This document shows positions 1 through 6,592 of a stretch of 25,375 nucleotides of DNA, piece by piece. This stretch comes from a virus. Lineage: Duplodnaviria; Heunggongvirae; Uroviricota; Caudoviricetes. The stretch is from the IMG/VR virus record IMGVR_UViG_3300032241_002220, positions 1-25,375 of that record; one strand, 5' to 3'. The translations under genes were made by a program, and so were the position numbers. Under the pieces are notes generated by a model. The model was not told the DNA's origin. It saw only the letters and a list, made by a program, of their open reading frames with translations, and searched no databases. Numbering within the stretch: position 1 is the stretch's first letter; the number at the start of each line of letters is the position of its first letter.

Positions 1-4
1 TTTC

Positions 5-235
5 ATGACATCATGTAAATTATTATTACCCAGCAAACAGGAAAGATTAAATGATTTAAAATCTGTTTGTCCTAATTGTTTGTTATATAATAACATGGGA
101 GAATACTATGCTTTAGATACAACTTTTGAACCAAATAAATTGTATTTGATTTCTTTTTCACAAGGCGAATATTTAAAGACAAGTAATGCATTTCATATAA
201 GACCAAATTTAATTGAAATAAAACAAGTAAAATGA
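5..235 (+). CDS. hypothetical protein, possibly the 3' part of a gene starting before the window
   Basis: The frame is open to the left edge. Its TGA overlaps the next ATG (ATGA at 232-235), a coupling pattern seen throughout the window. Confidence 0.55.
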   Translation: MTSCKLLLPSKQERLNDLKSVCPNCLLYNNMGEYYALDTTFEPNKLYLISFSQGEYLKTSNAFHIRPNLIEIKQVK

Positions 236-678
236 AAAAATTACTATTCGCATTAATGTTAATCCCTTCTTTATCATTTGGACAATGTGTAAGAGTTGAT
301 TCTGTTTGGTGTAACAAAAAAGTTAAACAAATAGGCACCAGAAGTGTTCTTTTAGGTGTAAAACAAATAACTGAAGAAATATTATCAGAAAAATATAAAC
401 TTTGTGATTCTAATGCAATTTCGGTTAAAATAGAAATATATAAAATAGGTATGCCTTCAAGCAATTTTAAAATAGCAGGCGCCGGAGAAGCCAAACAAAC
501 CACACAAGTTTACACTAGAATGTATTTTGGCGATAAAGTTGTAGAAGGATTAGGTGAATCTGAAACTAAAGCAGGTTACATACTTATTGAATTAAACGAC
601 GATAAAATACCATTTAGTAATACAACAATAGGTAATGCATTAAAGAAATCAATACTCGACGCTTCCGGAAAATTATAA
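232..678 (+). CDS. secreted/periplasmic protein with Sec signal peptide, function unknown
   Basis: N-terminus MKKLLFALMLIPSLSFG|Q has a basic n-region, hydrophobic h-region, S-F-G cleavage site and Gln at +1. Confidence 0.6.
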   Translation: MKKLLFALMLIPSLSFGQCVRVDSVWCNKKVKQIGTRSVLLGVKQITEEILSEKYKLCDSNAISVKIEIYKIGMPSSNFKIAGAGEAKQTTQVYTRMYFGDKVVEGLGESETKAGYILIELNDDKIPFSNTTIGNALKKSILDASGKL

Positions 679-708
679 TATTTATAACAAACAAAAACAA
701 AACAGATT

Positions 709-993
709 ATGAACTTTAAACAATGGATTATTGATCTTTTCAAAGATGAAAGAGGATCAACATCAGTAAAACCAGTAGTGGCCGTGATTGGCACTTTATT
801 TCTTTGCGTAACTATGACATTAAATAGTTACACTCATGAAGAATTTAAACCAGCTCCAGAACTAGTAAACGCTGTGTTAGTTATAACAGCAATTGGTATG
901 GGTGCTGATACTTTAGACAAATTCACAAAGAAATCAGATTCATCAACACCTGCAGCTCCAGCTCCAGAAGAAAAACCATCAGAAGAAGCATAA
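709..993 (+). CDS. putative holin (two-TMD membrane protein)
   Basis: Two hydrophobic segments (PVVAVIGTLFLCVTMTL; LVNAVLVITAIGMGA) and a charged low-complexity tail. It lies 14 nt upstream of the endolysin. The function is inferred from topology and position. Confidence 0.5.
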   Translation: MNFKQWIIDLFKDERGSTSVKPVVAVIGTLFLCVTMTLNSYTHEEFKPAPELVNAVLVITAIGMGADTLDKFTKKSDSSTPAAPAPEEKPSEEA

Positions 994-1007
994 AATAAAA
1001 TAAAAAT

Positions 1008-1607
1008 ATGGATTTAAGTAAACTAAAAGGACACGTTCCTGATTCGGTTATTGAAATGTTACCGGATACAATTGAAAAATTTGAATTAAACACATCTTTA
1101 CGCTTAGCACACTTTTTAGCTCAAGCAGGTCATGAATCGGGTGGTTTTAAATTTGTACAAGAAAATTTAAATTACGGAGCTAAAGGCTTACGTAGCATTT
1201 TTGGAAAATATTTTCCTGATGACGCTAAAGCAGCTTTATATGAGCGTAAACCTGAAAAAATAGCTAACCTAATTTATGGTAATCGCATGGGTAATGGTTC
1301 TGAAGCATCAGGTGAGGGTTGGAAATTTCACGGTCGTGGATATATTCAATTAACTGGTAAAGAAAATTATGCTGCTTTTAGTAAAGAAATAAATGAAGAT
1401 TGCGTTGCTAATCCAGATTTAGTTGCAACTAAATATCCTTTAGCTTCTGCTGCTTGGTTTTTTCATAAAAATGGATTACACAAAATAGCAGATGAAGGTG
1501 CTAACGAAGCAACAGTTACTAAAGTTACTAAAAAAGTAAATGGTGGTGTTTTAGGCCTAGCCGACAGATTAAAACATTTTAATGAATACTATTCTTTAAT
1601 AAAATAA
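1008..1607 (+). CDS. glycoside hydrolase family 19 (chitinase/lysozyme-like) endolysin
   Basis: GH19 motifs HFLAQAGHESG (catalytic Glu) and GRGYIQLTGKENY; C-terminal VTKKVNGG..GLADR typical of phage GH19 lysins. Confidence 0.9.
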   Translation: MDLSKLKGHVPDSVIEMLPDTIEKFELNTSLRLAHFLAQAGHESGGFKFVQENLNYGAKGLRSIFGKYFPDDAKAALYERKPEKIANLIYGNRMGNGSEASGEGWKFHGRGYIQLTGKENYAAFSKEINEDCVANPDLVATKYPLASAAWFFHKNGLHKIADEGANEATVTKVTKKVNGGVLGLADRLKHFNEYYSLIK

Positions 1608-1612
1608 TAAAT

Positions 1613-1638
1613 AAGGAGCGCCAAAAAGCGCTCCTTTT
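1613..1638 (+). terminator. intrinsic terminator after the lysis genes
   Basis: Perfect 9-bp stem AAGGAGCGC (1613-1621) / GCGCTCCTT (1628-1636) with a 6-nt loop, and TTTT at 1635-1638, 5 nt after the endolysin stop. Confidence 0.8.
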
Positions 1639-1672
1639 ACATATTTATTATCGACTAAAATAACAAAATACG

Positions 1673-2290
1673 ATGATAAATATTACATACATTTATTTGG
1701 TTGAAAATTGTTTTGATAATCCTAATAAAGTCTATATAGGAAAAACAAAAAATAAGTATAAGCGAAAATCAATACATAAAAAAACCTATGGTAAAAATAT
1801 TGATTATACTATTATAGATCAAATAGATTCATTAAACCATAAAGATTGGAAACCTATTGAAACTATGTGGATTCAAAGTTTTATCAGTTGGGGATTTGAT
1901 GTTCAAAATATCAAAAAAGAAGGAGGAAGTGGTAGTAGCGAATGGACTAAAGAACAAAAATATAAACAAAAACAAATTTTTAAAAATAGGAATATTACTT
2001 GGAAAACAACAGGATCAAAAGGATATAAATGGACAGAAGAACAAAAAAATAATAGAAAAGGAAAAGGAATAGGACCTAATCCTTTAATTTCTCTAAAAAA
2101 GAAAAATCATCCTAGTAGATCTAAACCAGTATTACAATATGATTTAAAAGGTAATTTTATTAAAGAGTGGAAAAGTTGTGCTGAAGCTGGTAGGGTTTTA
2201 TTTAATGGTAAAAGTCAATGTATTCAAGATTGTGCCGCTGGTAGACAAAAAATAGGATATAAATTTATTTGGAAATATACAAATTATTAA
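1673..2290 (+). CDS. free-standing GIY-YIG homing endonuclease with C-terminal NUMOD1 DNA-binding domain (HE1)
   Basis: YIYLV...VYIGKT, a conserved Arg, the E in PIETMWI and the N in QNIKKEGG. C-terminal KPVLQYDLKGNFIKEW..C..G......KFIWKY is a NUMOD1-type module. Confidence 0.85.
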   Translation: MINITYIYLVENCFDNPNKVYIGKTKNKYKRKSIHKKTYGKNIDYTIIDQIDSLNHKDWKPIETMWIQSFISWGFDVQNIKKEGGSGSSEWTKEQKYKQKQIFKNRNITWKTTGSKGYKWTEEQKNNRKGKGIGPNPLISLKKKNHPSRSKPVLQYDLKGNFIKEWKSCAEAGRVLFNGKSQCIQDCAAGRQKIGYKFIWKYTNY

Positions 2291-2301
2291 AATAAAAAAT
2301 T

Positions 2302-2484
2302 ATGAAATACGTTTTATTATTTATATTATTTTTAGTTACATTTTCTTCATGTGTAATGGTAGAACCTCCACATATGCAACCTAATGTATATTATGGTGTA
2401 TCTTATTATCCTAGACCATATTACACACATCATGTTCGTCATTATTATAATTGCCAACACAATTACTATAATCACAGACATTAA
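2302..2484 (+). CDS. small lipoprotein with Tyr/His/Pro-rich mature part
   Basis: MK, a hydrophobic stretch and lipobox F-S-S-C17; the mature part is rich in Y, H and P. It has an A-rich leader like the other genes. Confidence 0.65.
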   Translation: MKYVLLFILFLVTFSSCVMVEPPHMQPNVYYGVSYYPRPYYTHHVRHYYNCQHNYYNHRH

Positions 2485-2490
2485 CAGAAA

Positions 2491-2535
2491 ATCGCGATAA
2501 ATTTAATCTCTCGCGCGAGAAATGCAATCTCTCGC
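2491..2535. repeat. CG-rich palindromes and 10-bp direct repeat in an intergenic region
   Basis: ATCGCGAT palindrome (2491-2498), TCTCGCGCGAGA palindrome (2509-2520), and AATCTCTCGC at 2505-2514 and 2526-2535 (21-bp period). Confidence 0.7.
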
Positions 2536-2552
2536 AAAAAAACAAAAAAGAA

Positions 2553-2588
2553 CGTGGCTACCGCAAGGTAGCTTCGTACATTTACGTA
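2553..2588 (+). promoter_or_regulatory. putative promoter (CGTGG-N19-TACATTTA) with a hairpin in the spacer
   Basis: Same spacing as the window-wide TTTGG-N19-TATATT family. The spacer contains GCTACC-GCAA-GGTAGC (2557-2572), and the downstream TTTACGTA(T)AATAAAAAATAAA is shared with the site at 2795. Confidence 0.6.
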
Positions 2589-2604
2589 TAATAAAAAATA
2601 AAAC

Positions 2605-2793
2605 ATGGATACAGTAAAATTAAGATTAGTAATTCAAAACCATTTAAATGATGCCATGGTTGAAATATCTAATAATCCACAAAGAGCACAAATGCGCCTT
2701 TTGTTTGTAAAATCACTTATACACAAATTTCATGATACTTCAATCGAAATTTCAGAAACAGAATTAGATGAAATTTGGGCTGAGGTAAACTAA
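2605..2793 (+). CDS. hypothetical protein (62 aa)
   Basis: Clean ORF between two promoter-like motifs, with an A-rich leader and no recognisable motif. Confidence 0.6.
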   Translation: MDTVKLRLVIQNHLNDAMVEISNNPQRAQMRLLFVKSLIHKFHDTSIEISETELDEIWAEVN

Positions 2794-2794
2794 A

Positions 2795-2830
2795 TTTGGT
2801 TACCTAAGAAACGGGTCGTATATTTACGTA
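2795..2830 (+). promoter_or_regulatory. putative promoter TTTGG-N19-TATATTTA
   Basis: TTTG at 2795-2798, a 20-nt spacer and TATATTTA at 2819-2826. It resembles the Bacteroidota housekeeping consensus TTTG-N19-21-TAnnTTTG. Confidence 0.7.
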
Positions 2831-2849
2831 AATAAAAAATAAAGGTTAT

Positions 2850-3695
2850 ATGCTTAAAACAGAAAAAAGACGCGGTCGTCCATCATTAAAAAATCAAAAT
2901 ATGCAATTAAACGAACCAAAACGTAGAGGTCGTCCTGCTACTAAATTATTTGTTAGTACATTCAATCCAGATGAAGTAAAACTATTCAGAGGTAGTGATT
3001 TAAGATTTAGTGATGCTTTGTTTCAACCTATGAAAACAAACCGTGAAATAGATACTATATTATCTACAGATGGTGGTTTAATGCCTGGTACAAATATGGT
3101 ATTAGTAGGTGGACCTGGTTCAGGTAAATCAACTGTTGCCTTAGATATGTTAGCTGATTTTACAAATCAAGGTTATAAATGTTTGTTTGTTTCAGCTGAA
3201 ATGGATGAAATCGCTCATTACAAATATTGTAAGCGTATGCCTAAATTTCAAAATGTACAAACATTGTTTTTGAAAAATTATGCTGAAAATATCAAAGAAA
3301 CAATTGAACATGTTTTCAATCAAGGTTATGATGTTATAGCAATCGATTCAATTGCTGAAGTAATTGAAATGTATAAAGATGCTTATCGTACAACTGAATC
3401 TGCTGCCGAATTTTGGTTTTTAAATTTACAAGATCAACATAAAAAAGGTGGTAACGAAAACAGTTATTATACTACATTTATCAACATTCAACAAGTTACT
3501 AAAGCAGGTGATTTTGCCGGTAGTAATAGGTTAAAACACATGACTGATGCTATGTGTCACGTAGAGCGTAATAAAGATGGTTTACAACGTAGCCTATATT
3601 TTAGTAAAAATCGTGATTGTGATAAGGATTTTAAAGTATTTTTTAGTATATTCCAGGATTCAGTTCATTATTCATATGAAACAACTAACGATTAA
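2850..3695 (+). CDS. RadA/Sms-like RecA-family ATPase with two N-terminal AT-hook motifs
   Basis: Walker A GGPGSGKS, Walker B VIAIDS, AGSNRLKH (cf. RadA AGPKxLEH) and SKNR (cf. KNRFG). KRRGRP occurs at residues 6-11 and 24-29. There is no C4 zinc finger and no Lon-like C-terminal domain. Confidence 0.75.
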   Translation: MLKTEKRRGRPSLKNQNMQLNEPKRRGRPATKLFVSTFNPDEVKLFRGSDLRFSDALFQPMKTNREIDTILSTDGGLMPGTNMVLVGGPGSGKSTVALDMLADFTNQGYKCLFVSAEMDEIAHYKYCKRMPKFQNVQTLFLKNYAENIKETIEHVFNQGYDVIAIDSIAEVIEMYKDAYRTTESAAEFWFLNLQDQHKKGGNENSYYTTFINIQQVTKAGDFAGSNRLKHMTDAMCHVERNKDGLQRSLYFSKNRDCDKDFKVFFSIFQDSVHYSYETTND

Positions 3696-3697
3696 TT

Positions 3698-4204
3698 ATG
3701 GCTTATAACAGTATATTAGATGGTTTTGTCTCTTCATCAAAGGAAGTAATTGATTTTGAAATCAGTAAATTGCAACCTTTAAAATACAATCGTTTCTTTT
3801 GGTGGAGAAATTATACTACTAAAACAAAACCATTACACAAATATCAACCTTTGATTAATAAAATCAAAAATGGAGATTTTGATCCATCACCATATCGTTG
3901 GATGGCGCAAAAAGCCATTTTAGAGGCCCAAAACAAAATAGACCTCACTAAAGACGACCACCAAAAACAATCCGAAATAGCAGCAATGGATATAGCCCGT
4001 TATCGCAGATTAATGGTTGATTTTGAAAAGGACGAAACAGAACGTTTAAAGCTATTATACAATGATTTTAGATTATCCTTTAGATTAGATGAAGAAACAG
4101 TACAAGATGAAATGTTTAATTTTGATGGTACACTAGAAGAATTTTATCACTATATTAGAAAAAAATATAGGGAAAATAATAGAGTACTTGGAGATTTTAG
4201 TTAA
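3698..4204 (+). CDS. hypothetical protein (168 aa)
   Basis: Long ORF starting 2 nt after the ATPase stop; no motif recognised. Confidence 0.65.
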   Translation: MAYNSILDGFVSSSKEVIDFEISKLQPLKYNRFFWWRNYTTKTKPLHKYQPLINKIKNGDFDPSPYRWMAQKAILEAQNKIDLTKDDHQKQSEIAAMDIARYRRLMVDFEKDETERLKLLYNDFRLSFRLDEETVQDEMFNFDGTLEEFYHYIRKKYRENNRVLGDFS

Positions 4205-4218
4205 TTTAATTATATTTA
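4187..4218 (+). promoter_or_regulatory. putative promoter CTTGG-N19-TATATTTA upstream of the TGT/DpdA-like gene
   Basis: CTTG at 4187-4190, a 20-nt spacer and TATATTTA at 4211-4218. Confidence 0.55.
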
Positions 4219-4235
4219 TTGATACAACATAGGTT

Positions 4236-5033
4236 ATGAATAAAAAAATAAAAGTTTCACATGAAGTTCCTTTTGATTTATTGGATATAAGTGCTGAGTT
4301 CAATGATTACGATTATTGTTTACCTCATTTATTAGACGAAAGTGAACAATATTTAGAATATTTTAAATGGGCTAAAGCAAATGGTCGTTATATTATAATG
4401 GATAATTCACTTCATGAATTAGGTACCGCTTATAATACAGATCGTTTATTATATTGGGTAAATGAGTTAAAACCAAACGAATTCATTATTCCAGATGTTT
4501 GGGAAAATAAAACTCAATCAATCATTAATGCTAGAAAATGGGCTAGTATTCAATTACCTGAAGAAATAACTAAAGTAGCTGTTGTACAATTTAATTTTAT
4601 AACAGATGCTACTGAATGTTACCAAACATATAAAGATCTAGGTTATAAAAAGATAGCATTTTCATATGGTGCTTCTTGCTATAACCTAATTTCATCTCAT
4701 CCAAATAAAGATATGGGTAAAGCATTAGGTAGAATTGAATTAATATCTAAACTTTATAAAAATAGAATAATATCATCAACCGACAGAGTACATTTATTAG
4801 GATGTGCTGTACCACAAGAATTTGGTTGGTATGATGATATGCCTTTTATTGAAAGTATTGATACATCAAATCCAATTATGGCTGCTTTAGAAGGTACAGC
4901 TTATAATTTTGGTTTAAATACTAAACCTAAAATCAATATGAATCAAGCTCAAACTTGGCCTATTGATGAAATTAATTTAGATTTGGTATATCACAATGTT
5001 GATGTTTTTAGATTAATAAACAACTTAAATTAA
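4236..5033 (+). CDS. TGT-fold transglycosylase-like protein, candidate phage DpdA (inserts 7-deazaguanine)
   Basis: TGT-family motifs appear in the expected order: IIMDNS (D56; cf. DSG), IIPDV (D87), VAVVQ, VHLLG (H186) and ESIDTS (D209; cf. nucleophile in D-x-F-D). There is no C-terminal zinc site. It lies upstream of queC/queD/queE/folE. Confidence 0.65.
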   Translation: MNKKIKVSHEVPFDLLDISAEFNDYDYCLPHLLDESEQYLEYFKWAKANGRYIIMDNSLHELGTAYNTDRLLYWVNELKPNEFIIPDVWENKTQSIINARKWASIQLPEEITKVAVVQFNFITDATECYQTYKDLGYKKIAFSYGASCYNLISSHPNKDMGKALGRIELISKLYKNRIISSTDRVHLLGCAVPQEFGWYDDMPFIESIDTSNPIMAALEGTAYNFGLNTKPKINMNQAQTWPIDEINLDLVYHNVDVFRLINNLN

Positions 5034-5046
5034 ATATAATATGACA
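5025..5046 (+). repeat. 22-bp direct repeat, copy 1 (TTAAATTAAATATAATATGACA)
   Basis: Identical to 5251-5272. It contains the stop codon of the TGT-like gene and the start of the 69-aa ORF. Confidence 0.85.
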
Positions 5047-5250
5047 GAATTTATTTCACTTTACGATTATTTAGGAAAACCAGCAGGATCTGCTCTAGGT
5101 AAAAAAGTCTACCAGTTTTCACAAATTATAGGGGCTAAAACTAGTTGCAAAAGGATATCCTATTCACCATACAGAGATGGTATTATTATGACCTATGAAA
5201 AGAGCACATTGCAAAAATATTTCGAGGTTGAATCCTTGTTTAAATCATAA
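5041..5250 (+). CDS. hypothetical protein (69 aa), flanked by 22-bp direct repeats
   Basis: ORF track; its leader is identical to that of the next ORF. Confidence 0.65.
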   Translation: MTEFISLYDYLGKPAGSALGKKVYQFSQIIGAKTSCKRISYSPYRDGIIMTYEKSTLQKYFEVESLFKS

Positions 5251-5272
5251 TTAAATTAAATATAATATGACA
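5251..5272 (+). repeat. 22-bp direct repeat, copy 2
   Basis: Identical to 5025-5046; contains the ATG at 5267. Confidence 0.85.
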
Positions 5273-5437
5273 AAATTAGATGATATAGTTTTAAAAACTA
5301 AAAAACCACAAGGCAATATTAATCCTGTATTTGAAGAAGAATTAGTAAAAGTATTACAACAAATTTGGGATAACCGATTTAATGTCAGTCATTCTATGTT
5401 AAAAATACTTAAACACGTTGCAAATAAAAAATCTTAA
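5267..5437 (+). CDS. hypothetical protein (56 aa), not in the ORF track
   Basis: My translation: MTKLDDIVLKTKKPQGNINPVFEEELVKVLQQIWDNRFNVSHSMLKILKHVANKKS*. It fills the gap exactly and stops 1 nt before the queC ATG at 5439. Confidence 0.65.
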   Translation: MTKLDDIVLKTKKPQGNINPVFEEELVKVLQQIWDNRFNVSHSMLKILKHVANKKS

Positions 5438-5438
5438 T

Positions 5439-6332
5439 ATGAAAAAACAAGTAGTAATATCATTATCAGGGGGTATGGATTCAAGTACTCTACTCCTACA
5501 TTACCTATCATCCGGTTACCAATGTACTTGTATCTCATTTGATTATGGTCAAAAACATAAAGTTGAATTAGAGCGAGCAACTGAATTAGTACACTATATA
5601 AACAGTAATATATCAAACAATGTTAAACATCAGATTATCAAATTAGATGGTTTAGCTCAATTATTAAATTCATCATTGGTAGAAGGTGGAGAAGATGTTC
5701 CTGAAGGTCACTATGCTGAAGAAAACATGAAAGCAACTGTAGTACCAAATCGCAATAAAATATTTGGTAGTATTGCTCAAGCAATAGCATTATCTATTGC
5801 TACTCAAACAAATAATGAATGTAAAATTGCTTTAGGTATTCATGCTGGAGACCATAGTATTTATCCTGATTGTAGACAAGAGTTTAGAGATGCTGACTAT
5901 AAAGCATTTTTGTTAGGAAATTGGGATTCACATTTAGTAACATACGATGCTCCATTTTTACAAGTTGATAAATTTGATATTTTAAAACATGGATTAGAAT
6001 GTTGTGAGCAATTAGGTTTAGATTTTGATGAAGTATATAAACGTACTAACACAAGTTATAAACCAATTTTAATTGAAACTAAAGCATCTTTAGGAACAAT
6101 AGAATTTGAGCATGGTGGGATAATCCATAAACTCCCACAAGAAGCAACAGTATACAGTGAATGGTACTCTGATTATAAATCAGCATCATCTGTAGAACGA
6201 ATAGAGGCATTTATTAAGTTAGGACGTCCTGATCCTGTAGCATATGCTGATGAAACTGGTCCTGTATCTTGGGAAGTAGCTAAAGCTCATGTTGAACATA
6301 TTTTATCAAATCATTTGGCTATTAAAAACTAA
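5439..6332 (+). CDS. queC: 7-cyano-7-deazaguanine synthase QueC, variant lacking the zinc-binding cysteines
   Basis: PP-loop SLSGGMDS, FDYGQKH..E, VVPNRN and HAGDHSIYPDCR..F. The start is placed at ATG 5439 (MKKQVVISLSGG) rather than TTG 5418. The C-terminal Cys motif is replaced by TNTSY...DYKSASSVER. Confidence 0.9.
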   Translation: MKKQVVISLSGGMDSSTLLLHYLSSGYQCTCISFDYGQKHKVELERATELVHYINSNISNNVKHQIIKLDGLAQLLNSSLVEGGEDVPEGHYAEENMKATVVPNRNKIFGSIAQAIALSIATQTNNECKIALGIHAGDHSIYPDCRQEFRDADYKAFLLGNWDSHLVTYDAPFLQVDKFDILKHGLECCEQLGLDFDEVYKRTNTSYKPILIETKASLGTIEFEHGGIIHKLPQEATVYSEWYSDYKSASSVERIEAFIKLGRPDPVAYADETGPVSWEVAKAHVEHILSNHLAIKN

Positions 6333-6345
6333 TATTGTATATTTA
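6314..6345 (+). promoter_or_regulatory. putative promoter TTTGG-N19-TATATTTA overlapping the queC 3' end
   Basis: TTTG at 6314-6317, a 20-nt spacer and TATATTTA at 6338-6345, 5 nt before the next ATG. Confidence 0.65.
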
Positions 6346-6350
6346 CCGGT

Positions 6351-6554
6351 ATGAGAAGAAGAAGAGATTTAGAAACTGAACCTTTTTATGTTGTGTTGAA
6401 TCAACAAGGAGAAGTATTTATAGGACTAAAACAAGGTAGACCTGTATATTCACCTAATTGGAGTGAAGCAAAACCCCTAAATAGCAGCAATACAACAATG
6501 CTTAAATACCTTAATCAAAAAATTGAATTAATTAAAGAAGAAGAATTTATATGA
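6351..6554 (+). CDS. hypothetical protein (67 aa)
   Basis: ORF directly behind a promoter motif; no motif recognised. Confidence 0.6.
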   Translation: MRRRRDLETEPFYVVLNQQGEVFIGLKQGRPVYSPNWSEAKPLNSSNTTMLKYLNQKIELIKEEEFI

Positions 6555-6555
6555 T

Positions 6556-6588
6556 TTTGGTGTGATCCTTGATTTTAATAATATGTAT
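6556..6588 (+). promoter_or_regulatory. degenerate promoter-like site TTTGG-N19-AATATGTA upstream of HE2
   Basis: TTTG at 6556-6559 and a 20-nt spacer. The downstream box has 2 mismatches to TATATTTA. Confidence 0.4.
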
Positions 6589-6592
6589 AACC

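Noticed and set aside
1857-2072. 71-aa + strand ORF nested in HE1
   Set aside because: It is an out-of-frame shadow of a Lys-rich region, with no leader or motif.
2485-2604. tRNA, tmRNA or other structured RNA in the largest intergenic gap
   Set aside because: There is no cloverleaf, T-loop GTTCRA or CCA end. Only short palindromes and one hairpin are present, and no other gap is long enough.
2850-3695. KaiC or DnaB helicase call for the ATPase
   Set aside because: It has a single ATPase domain whose AGSNRLKH and SKNR motifs match RadA/Sms better.
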